Shown here: positions 5,398-12,914 of the stretch, one piece after another | Numbering within the stretch: the stretch's first letter is position 1 | Layout of the letters: the number at the start of each line of letters is the position of its first letter | Assembly (NCBI GenBank): GCA_043718025.1 | Contig: JAYSWN010000061.1 | Coordinates: 1-12,914, forward strand | Direction: 5' to 3' | From: Pseudomonadota bacterium | GTDB lineage: Bacteria; Bdellovibrionota; FAC87; UBA2466 | Length of the DNA: 12,914 nt | Program-made: the position numbers and the translations under genes | Notes under the pieces: model-generated | What the model saw: the letters and a program-made list of their open reading frames with translations, nothing else | What the model was told of the DNA's origin: nothing | Database searches by the model: none

Positions 5398-7737
5398 TTA
5401 GAATGCCGGACCGATTGTAAAATAAAATTTGGACACGTTAGACTTAACAATAGGGTAGCCAAATTCGAAACGCAAGGGACCGATAGGCGTGAACCAGCGG
5501 AAACCCCAGCCAACGTTGGCAAATAACGCGGGGCCGCTTCTAAATGGAAGGTCAAAAGCGTTACCCGCATCAAAGAAAATTACCCCGCGAATGCGGGCCT
5601 CTTTCAGCAAAGGAAACTCAATCTCGGCATTCAGCAGCACTTCATTGTGGCCGCCGACGGTAAATTGCTTGCCGCCCATGTTTCGATCTTGGGCAAGCTG
5701 AGACAAATTGCCCGAGTTATTCGCACTTAGGGTTTGCGCGGGACCAATCGATAAGAAGTCATAACCACGCAAACTGAACAGACCACCCTGAATGAAAAGT
5801 TCATTAATCGGCACCGAGCTACCCTGAATGTTGGCACCGGTGACGTTTAGGCGAAAAATAAAATCCCAAATAATGGGGTGAAAGAACTTAGCCTGAGCCC
5901 GCGTTTTAAAGAACTGGCGCGCCCCACCCAACCCCGCGTACTCCGTACTCAAGCTCAGGTAGCTACCGGTACGCGGGTCGAAACGATCGTCGCGTTTGTC
6001 GTAGACCAAGTTGGCGCTTACTGAACTTGCCACGCCATTTACCGAACTCAACGGAATCAATGAACGGTCAATAATAGTGCCTTCTGGCACGTAAGAGTTC
6101 TCTAATTTGTAAGTTAAAAATAGGTTGGTAAACTCAAGTACCGGATGGCCGAGTTTCACATCGAAGCCGGTCTTAATCTCTTCAAAAGTAGGAATGTCTT
6201 CGATCGCAATTAGGTTACGTCGTAGCTGAAAAAGATCGCCGCCCAAACTCCAATTAGAGTAACCGACGTAGGGTTCCTGAAAGCCCAGAGCAAACTGGTA
6301 ATACTTGCGGCCCGTCAAAATTTCTGCCGATAAACTGGCAACCTGACCGTTGCCCAAGAAGTTGTTTTGCGAAAGCTGAGCATTGATCGTGAAGCCGATA
6401 TTGCCCGAAGCGTAACCAGCACCCACCACCAGCTGACCCGTTGAGCGCTCTTTAACCTTAATTTCAACGTCAACAATGTTAGGCGCTACTTTAGAAGTGG
6501 CCTGGTGAAACTCCACGTTGTCGAAAAAGCCCAAGCGAACCACGTTTTCGCGGCTCTCACGCTTTTTTGTGCCGTTAAATAGCTCGCCCTCATGAATGGT
6601 GAGTTCGCGCCGGACCACTTTGTCTTTAGTGCGGGTGTTGCCGGTAACGATGATCTTGCCGATAAAGACCCGCTCGCCCTTGTCGATATCAAAAGTGACA
6701 TCCACCGTGCGGGTTTCGTCATGAATCATCGGCTGCGGCACCACGTTGGCAAATGCGTAGCCCAAGTCAGAATATTTTTCGGTGTAGCGCAACGTCTCTT
6801 TACGCAGCGTTTCCGTATTAAAGACCTCACCCGGTACCAGGGCTAAATCTTCCACCAGCTCTTGCCGGCGGTAGAGAAGCTCGCCCCCAAAATCTACTTT
6901 GCCCACGTTATATTGCGCGCCTTCATCCACAAAAAAGGTGATGTAGACCCACTTTTTGTCGGGACTGACGGTAACTTCGGGTTTACCGAAACGTGCCCGT
7001 ACGTAGCCTAGAGTGCCGTAGTAATAGCCAAGTGTGGCGATATCGCGTTCGAAAACCGCTTCACGGTAGGAACCGCTACCGGTCAAGAAGGAGAAAAAGC
7101 CACCTTCTTTGGTCTGCATCACTTTTTTCAGATCCTCAATAGGCATGACCTTGGCGCCCACGATGTTGATCTGCTTCACCTGAACTTTGTCGTTTTCTTC
7201 TACAGCGAAGGTAACCTTAACCTCGCCACGAATTTTGTCGTAATCGAGCGTGTAGCGAACGTCGGCTAGGTAGAAACCCTTTTCCTCGTACTTTGCGGTC
7301 AATTTCTCCACGCTCTGACTGAGCTTTTGAATGTCGAGGACTTCGTACTCTTTGACTAAGATAAGATCTTTTAGGTCATCTTTTTCAATGGCATTTAAGC
7401 CGGTGTATTCAATCTTAGAGATGGTCGGTTTTTCAACCACGACAAAAACCAAACGCACGCCGCCGGCAACCGTCTCCTCTTCAGCCTCAATGCCTTCGAA
7501 GTAGCGAAGCTTAGCGATGGCCCGAATGTCTTCGGCCACAACGTCACGAGACAGATCGGTGCCGGGCTTGGTCCGAACGCGCGAGAGAATGGCGTCGGAT
7601 TCAATTTTTTTGTTACCGCGAACCACCACGTCAATGACGGCACGCGACTCGGCAAAAACCCAGGCGGGAAATAGGCCTAACAAAAGCGCAAAAAGGATGC
7701 TGGGCGCAATGAATCGCCCCGAGATGCCAAGCTGAAT
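5398..7737 (-). CDS. bamA: Outer membrane protein assembly factor BamA (Omp85; POTRA repeats plus beta-barrel). Start inferred at ATT 7737; the ORF track start is TTG 7683
   Basis: POTRA motifs (VRGNKKIESDAI, YEEKGFYLADV, YSDLGYAFANV, GNTRTKDKVVRRE, RLGFFDNV), KERSTG barrel start, LRGY loop-6 motif, GFRWFTPIGPLRFEFG and a terminal Phe. Identity is secure; the start codon is inferred. Confidence 0.96.
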   Translation of the reverse strand: MQLGISGRFIAPSILFALLLGLFPAWVFAESRAVIDVVVRGNKKIESDAILSRVRTKPGTDLSRDVVAEDIRAIAKLRYFEGIEAEEETVAGGVRLVFVVVEKPTISKIEYTGLNAIEKDDLKDLILVKEYEVLDIQKLSQSVEKLTAKYEEKGFYLADVRYTLDYDKIRGEVKVTFAVEENDKVQVKQINIVGAKVMPIEDLKKVMQTKEGGFFSFLTGSGSYREAVFERDIATLGYYYGTLGYVRARFGKPEVTVSPDKKWVYITFFVDEGAQYNVGKVDFGGELLYRRQELVEDLALVPGEVFNTETLRKETLRYTEKYSDLGYAFANVVPQPMIHDETRTVDVTFDIDKGERVFIGKIIVTGNTRTKDKVVRRELTIHEGELFNGTKKRESRENVVRLGFFDNVEFHQATSKVAPNIVDVEIKVKERSTGQLVVGAGYASGNIGFTINAQLSQNNFLGNGQVASLSAEILTGRKYYQFALGFQEPYVGYSNWSLGGDLFQLRRNLIAIEDIPTFEEIKTGFDVKLGHPVLEFTNLFLTYKLENSYVPEGTIIDRSLIPLSSVNGVASSVSANLVYDKRDDRFDPRTGSYLSLSTEYAGLGGARQFFKTRAQAKFFHPIIWDFIFRLNVTGANIQGSSVPINELFIQGGLFSLRGYDFLSIGPAQTLSANNSGNLSQLAQDRNMGGKQFTVGGHNEVLLNAEIEFPLLKEARIRGVIFFDAGNAFDLPFRSGPALFANVGWGFRWFTPIGPLRFEFGYPIVKSNVSKFYFTIGPAF

Positions 7738-7773
7738 GAGCTAACTCCTTGTATTCCTTTACAACAGGGGCGG

Positions 7774-7802
7774 ATGCTACCTACGCTCGCCGCCTTTGTA
7801 AA
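7774..7802 (-). promoter_or_regulatory. Putative sigma70 promoter of bamA-skp
   Basis: Minus strand TTTACA-17 nt-TAGCAT, about 24 nt upstream of the AAGGAG RBS. Confidence 0.6.
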
Positions 7803-7820
7803 CCAAAGCTTCTTCAGCAG

Positions 7821-8474
7821 TTACTGCAATTCAATTTTTGCGCTAGCCAATTCGAGAGGTTCTTCGAGCGGAAACTTCTTACGTACCATCTCGGAAATCC
7901 ATTTATTTAAATGTTTTCCCAAGTGAGTCGCCCAGACCTTGGAGAGGCCTCGGTTTAATTGCCGAGTAATGTAGTCCTCGAAGGAGACCGGTACAAACTT
8001 GCCCAGGTGAAGGCGTCCCAGTTCAGTTGATTTTACAATAACGGTAATATTTTTTAGATCTTTAGAGTCTTCCGGAAACGAGACCTCGGCTTTCACCTTG
8101 GCCCATTCCGAGCCCGCCCCTAGCCACCCCCGCGTCGGCACGCAAAGTGTGCTTGACGAGCGAAGACTGCCTTCGGCGTAGGTATTGATGGTCTTAAGCT
8201 CAGCCTCAATCTCAACGGTGCCTTTATCGGTGAGGTTTAAATCGAGCTTGGCAACCTGCCCCTCGACGGTGAACAAGTAGTAGTAGCGGCCGTTACACAG
8301 ATAGCCTTCCCATTTGGCTTCGTCTGACCACTTCCCTTTTAGCGTTTTAAGCTCTTCGCGCATGCCCACTTCGGCCTCATCCCAAGGCAAGTCCCGTAGG
8401 TCTCCTGCGAAAGCAGATGCAGCCGTAAAAATCAGAGCGGCGGTTAGGCCCCTCAGCCCCAAATAAGCACTCAT
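7821..8474 (-). CDS. Secreted hypothetical protein (217 aa)
   Basis: G-rich RBS before ATG 8474; signal peptide MSAYLGLRGLTAALIFTAASAFA; two Cys; beta-strand-like core and a long amphipathic C-terminal helix. Confidence 0.8.
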   Translation of the reverse strand: MSAYLGLRGLTAALIFTAASAFAGDLRDLPWDEAEVGMREELKTLKGKWSDEAKWEGYLCNGRYYYLFTVEGQVAKLDLNLTDKGTVEIEAELKTINTYAEGSLRSSSTLCVPTRGWLGAGSEWAKVKAEVSFPEDSKDLKNITVIVKSTELGRLHLGKFVPVSFEDYITRQLNRGLSKVWATHLGKHLNKWISEMVRKKFPLEEPLELASAKIELQ

Positions 8475-8610
8475 GTTTTGTCCCCCCAATAAACCAACAC
8501 TTAGGCTCCGACGGTGACAATCGGCTTTAGCGAAGTCAAAGGGAGTTTCGGGGCCAGAAAGAAGTCGTTAACCAAAGAGTTCCGAGTAGTTCCTAGCCCC
8601 AAAACAAACG

Positions 8611-8832
8611 TCAAGAGGCCAGCTGGTTGGGCTCGGTACTCAACACCGAGGCGAGCCGCGCCAGATTTTTTGTCTTCACTAAACCGATGCGCCCATTGAG
8701 CCAACGCCGCAGCGTAGTCTTGTGAACGCCAGCCTCTTCGGCCACCCAATAGTGTTTGAGATCCAGCGCACGAATGCGCTCGCGCACTTTCTGCGAATCC
8801 AGTTTAGTAAGCTGTGAATGATTTGGGGTCAT
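8611..8832 (-). CDS. XRE/Cro-C1 family helix-turn-helix transcriptional regulator (73 aa)
   Basis: VRERIRALDLKHYWVAEEAGVHKTTLRRWLNG...NLARLASVL fits the XRE HTH pattern. AGGAG lies 5 nt before the ATG. Confidence 0.88.
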   Translation of the reverse strand: MTPNHSQLTKLDSQKVRERIRALDLKHYWVAEEAGVHKTTLRRWLNGRIGLVKTKNLARLASVLSTEPNQLAS

Positions 8833-8956
8833 GTTTTCTCCTGTGAATTAGCTCCCTCTCTGCAAGTGCAGGCCAATCGCGACGAGAAAAATCGCGCCTG
8901 CTTTTTTAAACTGGCCGCCGGATTTCGGAGCCCGGGGGCTATGAATCAGGCACTGA

Positions 8957-11900
8957 TTAAGGACGGGTAGTGAAGAAGACCGGCGACGTTTGGCAGTTAC
9001 GGCCATCGACCGTTGAAGACTGGCCTTGAGCCGAATAAAAAGTGCTGGGGGCTAAACTGGTAACCAAAACGCTGTGCTGTGTGACATTCGATTGGCCGGT
9101 CGCCGTGCTACCGCGGTTGTTTCCCAAGCCGTAACGCACCACCGAGGTGCTTGCCACCGTAGTACGCCAGTTTACCGACGCCTGGGTCGCGGTGATTTGA
9201 GCCACCGAGAAATTACTGCACGTGAAACTGCGATCCACCGTCCAATTGTAAGTGGCCGGGATAATCGACTGGTTGCCCACCACGTCGACCGCCCAAATCG
9301 CAATCGCATGCGCCCCGTCGGCAGTCACCGCCGCGGTCCAAGGAGAGCTACAAGCCACCGGCACCGCACCGTCTAAACCGCACAAGAAGATGGCCGCCGC
9401 ATCATCGGCGTGAAAATTTGCGGTAAGAAACACGGTGGCGGTTGGCGAGGTCGAGGGCGTGGTTGAGTCAATGGTGACGACGGGCCCTTGGCGATCTACC
9501 GACCAGGCATAACTCACGGCTTGACCCACGCTACCGCCGGCGCTGGCGGCAAAGATCGAAATAGAATGGGCGCCATCGCCCAATAGGTTGAACGACACCG
9601 GCGAAGCGCAGGGCAAGGGCAATTGACCATCCAGTGCACAAGAAACGCTTCCGGCGTTGGTTACGGAAAAACTAAGAACCATGGAATCAAGGTTGGTCAC
9701 ACTTTGCGAAGGCGCGGCGACGCCCAACGTAACCACCGCCGCCGGGGTTTGCACCTTCCAGCCGAGGGTTGAAACCTGACCCGCTTGGCCGCGCAGATTG
9801 CGGGCGAAGATCTTAAAGCTGTGGGCGCCATCCATTAATGCCGTCGCTTCATAGGGGCTCGAGCACGGAGAAAATGCCGCCGCATCTAAAGCGCATTCGA
9901 AATCGGATCCGTTCGAGCTAAACGCGAAACTGGCGGTCTGATTTGCCGACACCTCGCCTTCACTTACGGTCGACGAGAGCACCACGGTTGCGGCCGGCGC
10001 TGCCACCGTCCAAGCGAAAGTGACCGCGGCGCCTTCTGCTCCGGCCACGTTCACCGCTTTCACCGCAAATAGATGAGCCGCGTCGGTTAAGCCGCTGACG
10101 CGATGAGGGCTCTGACAAGGAGCAAACGCCGCATCATCCAAAGCGCAACGAAATTCAACCGCGTGCTGCCCGGTGAACGAAAATTCGTTCTCTTGCGCGG
10201 CGGTCACGGGTCCAGGATTGGTCACCGCAACCAGCGCTACCGTAGCGGTCATCGCGACGGTCCATTCGTAAACCACGCTCGGAGAAATATTTCCCGCCAA
10301 GTCACGGGCGCGCAACTGTAAACGGTGGCGCCCTTCAAACAAGTCATTCACCAGTAGGGGTGAGGAGAACGGCAATTCAGCTCCCCCATCCAGTTGATAA
10401 AACAGCGTGGCCGACGGTTCACTGAGAACATCCAGAGATAAGCTCGTGCTTTCGGTCACGGTATCAGCCGCAATCACAAAATCCAAACTCACGATTGGCG
10501 CCGAGAGGTCAACTTCCCAAACGGCGCTGGCCGTGGTTTGGTTGCCCGCAACGTCTTGCGCCACCACCACCAGTTGATGTTGACCTTCCGAAACCAAAGA
10601 AAAAGAAATTGGGCTCTCGCAAGGGGCGGCGACGCCCGCATCAAGTGAGCAGAGGTAAGTGCTGCTCTCGCTAGCGCTAAACGAAAACGAGGCTACGGTT
10701 TGGTTGGAGGGCGAGGCCACTGGGGCACTACGTTGCACCTGTACCATTGGGCCTTGTGAATCCACCGAAAAGTCGTAACTAAACTGCCCAGCGTTGCCGG
10801 CCAAATCTTGACCGCTCACGACCAGCCGGTGAGTGCCGTCGGCGACGTTGGCAAGGACTAAAGGGGAACCGCATGAAGCTAAGGCCGCGCCATCTAGCTG
10901 GCACGCCAAAGCACTAAGCGGTTCCAACGCGGAAAAGCTCAGCACCAAGTTGCCTCGGTTTAGAATGAGAACGTTCGGGTCAGCCGCGAAAGAAAATTGC
11001 GGCGCAGTAAGATCGATTTTAAAGCGAAATTCGTACGAAGGCGAGGTGCCGCCCAACTCATCCACGGCATAAATAGCAACTTTGTGTTCCCCTTCAGCCA
11101 GATTCTTTAGGGTCCAAGGCGAAGTGCAAACCGAAGCCTCGCCCCCATCGATTGCGCAGCGAAAAGTGGCGGCGCGGTCGCTGGCAAATTCAAAACTTGC
11201 GGTCGTTTGGTTAGACAGCTCGGCGGGCCCGCGGCTAACGCTCAAGACCGGTTGACTTCGCGCTACCAAAAACGCGTAGACCAGTGGAGCTTCAAGCAGG
11301 CTCGGTTTGGTAGCTCGGATGGTGACGATGTGTCCCCCCTCGGCCAGACCCTTTAAGACTAAAGGCGACTTGCACGCGAACAATTTATCGTTGTCGAGCT
11401 GGCAAGAAAAAGTGCGGGCCTTTTTGCTGCCCGAGGTATCGACAAACGCGAGCGATAAAAAATCGCTCCCGAAAATAAAACTGCCGGGCTCCGCTTTTTG
11501 CAGAACCAGTTTTGCAGCGTGGCCTAGCAGGTAGGCGTCGTAACGGAGCACCGGGCCCACCACTTCAGAAGTCTTGGCGCGAATTAGCACGGTGAGCCAG
11601 CCCGCCTTCAAATTGGTGACCAGTAGCGGTGACCGGCAAGGGGTAAAAATTTTGCTGTTTACGGCGCACTCAAAAGTATCGGCCACCGGAGCGGCATGAA
11701 AACGCAATGCCACCGTACTTCCGGGGTTCACCCAGTCGCTTGGTGCGACTTGATCGAGAACTACCATGGGCGAAACGGGAACCGCTTTTACGATGCCGTC
11801 GCGACCCCAAAGCAATTCTCCGGTAAGCAGACGAACCGGAGCGCGCCACCAAATCTCAAAGCGGCCGTTGCGCTTGAAACAGTCGCGTACGTATTTATGA

Positions 11901-12265
11901 AAAGATTGTTTTTCGGATTCAAAAAGGAAGTTGAGATTGATCTCCAACACCGCCCCGGCGGCACTCTCAGAAACCCAAGTCGCGTTTCGACGAAGCGCAC
12001 CATTTGAAAAACGGCTCTTGCCATTCCAGGCCAGGTGCAGCGTGGTGAGATCAAACTTCTTCTCGAAGCCAAGAACAAGTTTAGCCGTGTCCTTAGCGGA
12101 AAAATCCGCCGGCGGAAAATTGGGGAATACCAAGCGGTATTGGCTGCGATGAAACTTCGCGTGATGGCGAAACCAGTTCCGGTGCGCCGACGCCGAAGCG
12201 CTGACACACAGGCCGATAAGCAGCCACCAGCGAATCAATTTATGACCAAAAAATGCCACCACCAA
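8957..12265 (-). CDS. Large secreted protein (about 1100 aa) with ten tandem bacterial Ig-like repeats and a C-terminal FN3-like domain; putative adhesin/surface protein
   Basis: Signal peptide ending ASASA; about 85-aa repeats with core C-x-LD-x6-C-x-SP-x5-L-x2-G-x-H-x5-A-x-D-x2-GN; final domain VAQITATQASVNWRT...VRYG...HSVLVTSLAPSTFY. Start is TTG 12265 or GTG 12262/12259. Confidence 0.9.
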   Translation of the reverse strand: MVVAFFGHKLIRWWLLIGLCVSASASAHRNWFRHHAKFHRSQYRLVFPNFPPADFSAKDTAKLVLGFEKKFDLTTLHLAWNGKSRFSNGALRRNATWVSESAAGAVLEINLNFLFESEKQSFHKYVRDCFKRNGRFEIWWRAPVRLLTGELLWGRDGIVKAVPVSPMVVLDQVAPSDWVNPGSTVALRFHAAPVADTFECAVNSKIFTPCRSPLLVTNLKAGWLTVLIRAKTSEVVGPVLRYDAYLLGHAAKLVLQKAEPGSFIFGSDFLSLAFVDTSGSKKARTFSCQLDNDKLFACKSPLVLKGLAEGGHIVTIRATKPSLLEAPLVYAFLVARSQPVLSVSRGPAELSNQTTASFEFASDRAATFRCAIDGGEASVCTSPWTLKNLAEGEHKVAIYAVDELGGTSPSYEFRFKIDLTAPQFSFAADPNVLILNRGNLVLSFSALEPLSALACQLDGAALASCGSPLVLANVADGTHRLVVSGQDLAGNAGQFSYDFSVDSQGPMVQVQRSAPVASPSNQTVASFSFSASESSTYLCSLDAGVAAPCESPISFSLVSEGQHQLVVVAQDVAGNQTTASAVWEVDLSAPIVSLDFVIAADTVTESTSLSLDVLSEPSATLFYQLDGGAELPFSSPLLVNDLFEGRHRLQLRARDLAGNISPSVVYEWTVAMTATVALVAVTNPGPVTAAQENEFSFTGQHAVEFRCALDDAAFAPCQSPHRVSGLTDAAHLFAVKAVNVAGAEGAAVTFAWTVAAPAATVVLSSTVSEGEVSANQTASFAFSSNGSDFECALDAAAFSPCSSPYEATALMDGAHSFKIFARNLRGQAGQVSTLGWKVQTPAAVVTLGVAAPSQSVTNLDSMVLSFSVTNAGSVSCALDGQLPLPCASPVSFNLLGDGAHSISIFAASAGGSVGQAVSYAWSVDRQGPVVTIDSTTPSTSPTATVFLTANFHADDAAAIFLCGLDGAVPVACSSPWTAAVTADGAHAIAIWAVDVVGNQSIIPATYNWTVDRSFTCSNFSVAQITATQASVNWRTTVASTSVVRYGLGNNRGSTATGQSNVTQHSVLVTSLAPSTFYSAQGQSSTVDGRNCQTSPVFFTTRP
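9230..11767 (-). repeat. Ten diverged Ig-like protein repeats within the large gene
   Basis: Cores: CAVNSKIFTPCRSP, CQLDNDKLFACKSP, CAIDGGEASVCTSP, CQLDGAALASCGSP, CSLDAGVAAPCESP, YQLDGGAELPFSSP, CALDDAAFAPCQSP, CALDAAAFSPCSSP, CALDGQLPLPCASP, CGLDGAVPVACSSP. Boundaries are approximate. Confidence 0.9.
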
Positions 12266-12449
12266 CCACCCCGCCCCTACTCATTCCCCACCTCATCAGC
12301 ATGCGCCCCTTTCAGGGGGGCAATATTGTAAAAGTGGTGAAGAAAGGCGCATCGTCGTTCGGATTAAGGAGAATGACGCTGTTTCGCAACACTTCCCCAA
12401 CCCCCCAGCCTCATTTGTGTCGGGAGGTAACTATGCAGATTGTTGGGCT

Positions 12450-12478
12450 TTCCCAACCAGTGTGTCGGGTGGTATCTT
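12450..12478 (+). promoter_or_regulatory. Putative sigma70 extended -10 promoter for the ABC substrate-binding protein gene
   Basis: TTCCCA-17 nt-TATCTT with TGn immediately before the -10 element, 43 nt upstream of ATG 12522. Confidence 0.45.
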
Positions 12479-12521
12479 AACCCCAACCAGTTAAATTCGC
12501 CCTCGTGTTGGAGACCTGAAG

Positions 12522-12914
12522 ATGAACCCCTATTTCAAAAAAATTGTCCCCTTGGCGGCCGTTCTGCTCGGCTCGGTAGTCTTTGGCGTAGAGCCAATCG
12601 GTAACCCCGAAGCTCCTAAAGGGGGGGCCTTTACGGTAGGGTTACCCGCCTTTCCTAAGTCATTAATGCCGTATTTAGCCAACGAAGAGACCGCGGCCGC
12701 GGTGAATTCTCTGGTGATGGAGCCGTTAATTGAGATGCACCCCGATACCTACGAGCCGGTGCCCTTATTGGCCGAAAAGTGGGAGGTGAGCGCCGACCAG
12801 TTGCAGTTTACCTTTTACCTGAACCCGAATGCCAAATTTTCTGATGGAAAACTGATCACCGCCGATGACGTTAAATACACGTGGACCGAAATTTTTAATC
12901 CCAAAAATAAAACG
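12522..12914 (+). CDS. ABC transporter substrate-binding protein, family 5 (peptide/nickel; OppA/YejA-like), 3'-truncated
   Basis: Hand translation: MNPYFKKIVPLAAVLLGSVVFG...GNPEAPKGGAFT...PKSL...EPL...PLLAEKWEVSADQLQFTFYLNPNAKFSDGKLITADDVKYTW, matching the SBP family 5 signature. GGAG RBS upstream. Confidence 0.93.
   Translation, partial: MNPYFKKIVPLAAVLLGSVVFGVEPIGNPEAPKGGAFTVGLPAFPKSLMPYLANEETAAAVNSLVMEPLIEMHPDTYEPVPLLAEKWEVSADQLQFTFYLNPNAKFSDGKLITADDVKYTWTEIFNPKNKT

Noticed and set aside
5119..7735. Short ORFs overlapping skp and bamA
   Set aside because: They are shadow or alternate-frame ORFs inside conserved genes.
8501..8749. Alternative ORFs 8501-8749(-) and 8514-8699(+)
   Set aside because: They overlap the well-supported XRE gene in other frames.
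8611..8832. XRE gene as evidence of a prophage or toxin-antitoxin module
   Set aside because: No integrase, phage gene or cytoplasmic toxin-like neighbour; both flanking genes encode secreted proteins.
8861..8876. sigma54-like TTGGCCTGCACTTGCA upstream of the XRE gene
   Set aside because: Spacing is GG-N9-GC, one base short of the strictly required N10, so it is not called as a promoter.
9230..11767. Repeats as a CRISPR array or DNA tandem repeat, or Cys pairs as heme-binding sites
   Set aside because: The repeats are visible only at protein level and are highly diverged. Cys spacing is C-x9-C with no CxxCH.
9074..12331. Short ORFs overlapping the Ig-repeat gene, on both strands
   Set aside because: They are shadow or alternate-frame ORFs without RBS or motif support.

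Overview
Bacterial cell-envelope region of roughly balanced GC. Gene style and content suggest a Bdellovibrionota/deltaproteobacterium-like genome, but this is inference only. Left to right: two co-oriented minus-strand secreted-protein genes (<1-932, missed by the ORF track, and 1023-1691) that share a ~40-aa motif and lie behind a sigma54-type promoter; a 7Fe-type ferredoxin; a plus-strand operon behind a second sigma54-type promoter (two lipoproteins, a small membrane protein, a 23-aa hydrophobic micropeptide); a bidirectional terminator; a stand-alone bamA-skp pair in which bamA appears to start at a non-canonical AUU codon; an unknown secreted protein; an XRE HTH regulator; a 1102-aa secreted protein with ten Ig-like repeats; and the start of a family-5 ABC substrate-binding protein. 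The best candidate for an undescribed system is the pair of divergent sigma54-type operons. They share an upstream GTATTCTG motif and encode charge-poor Asn/Gln-rich exported proteins, possibly forming a surface fibre or coat. No rRNA, tRNA, CRISPR array or mobile element was seen.
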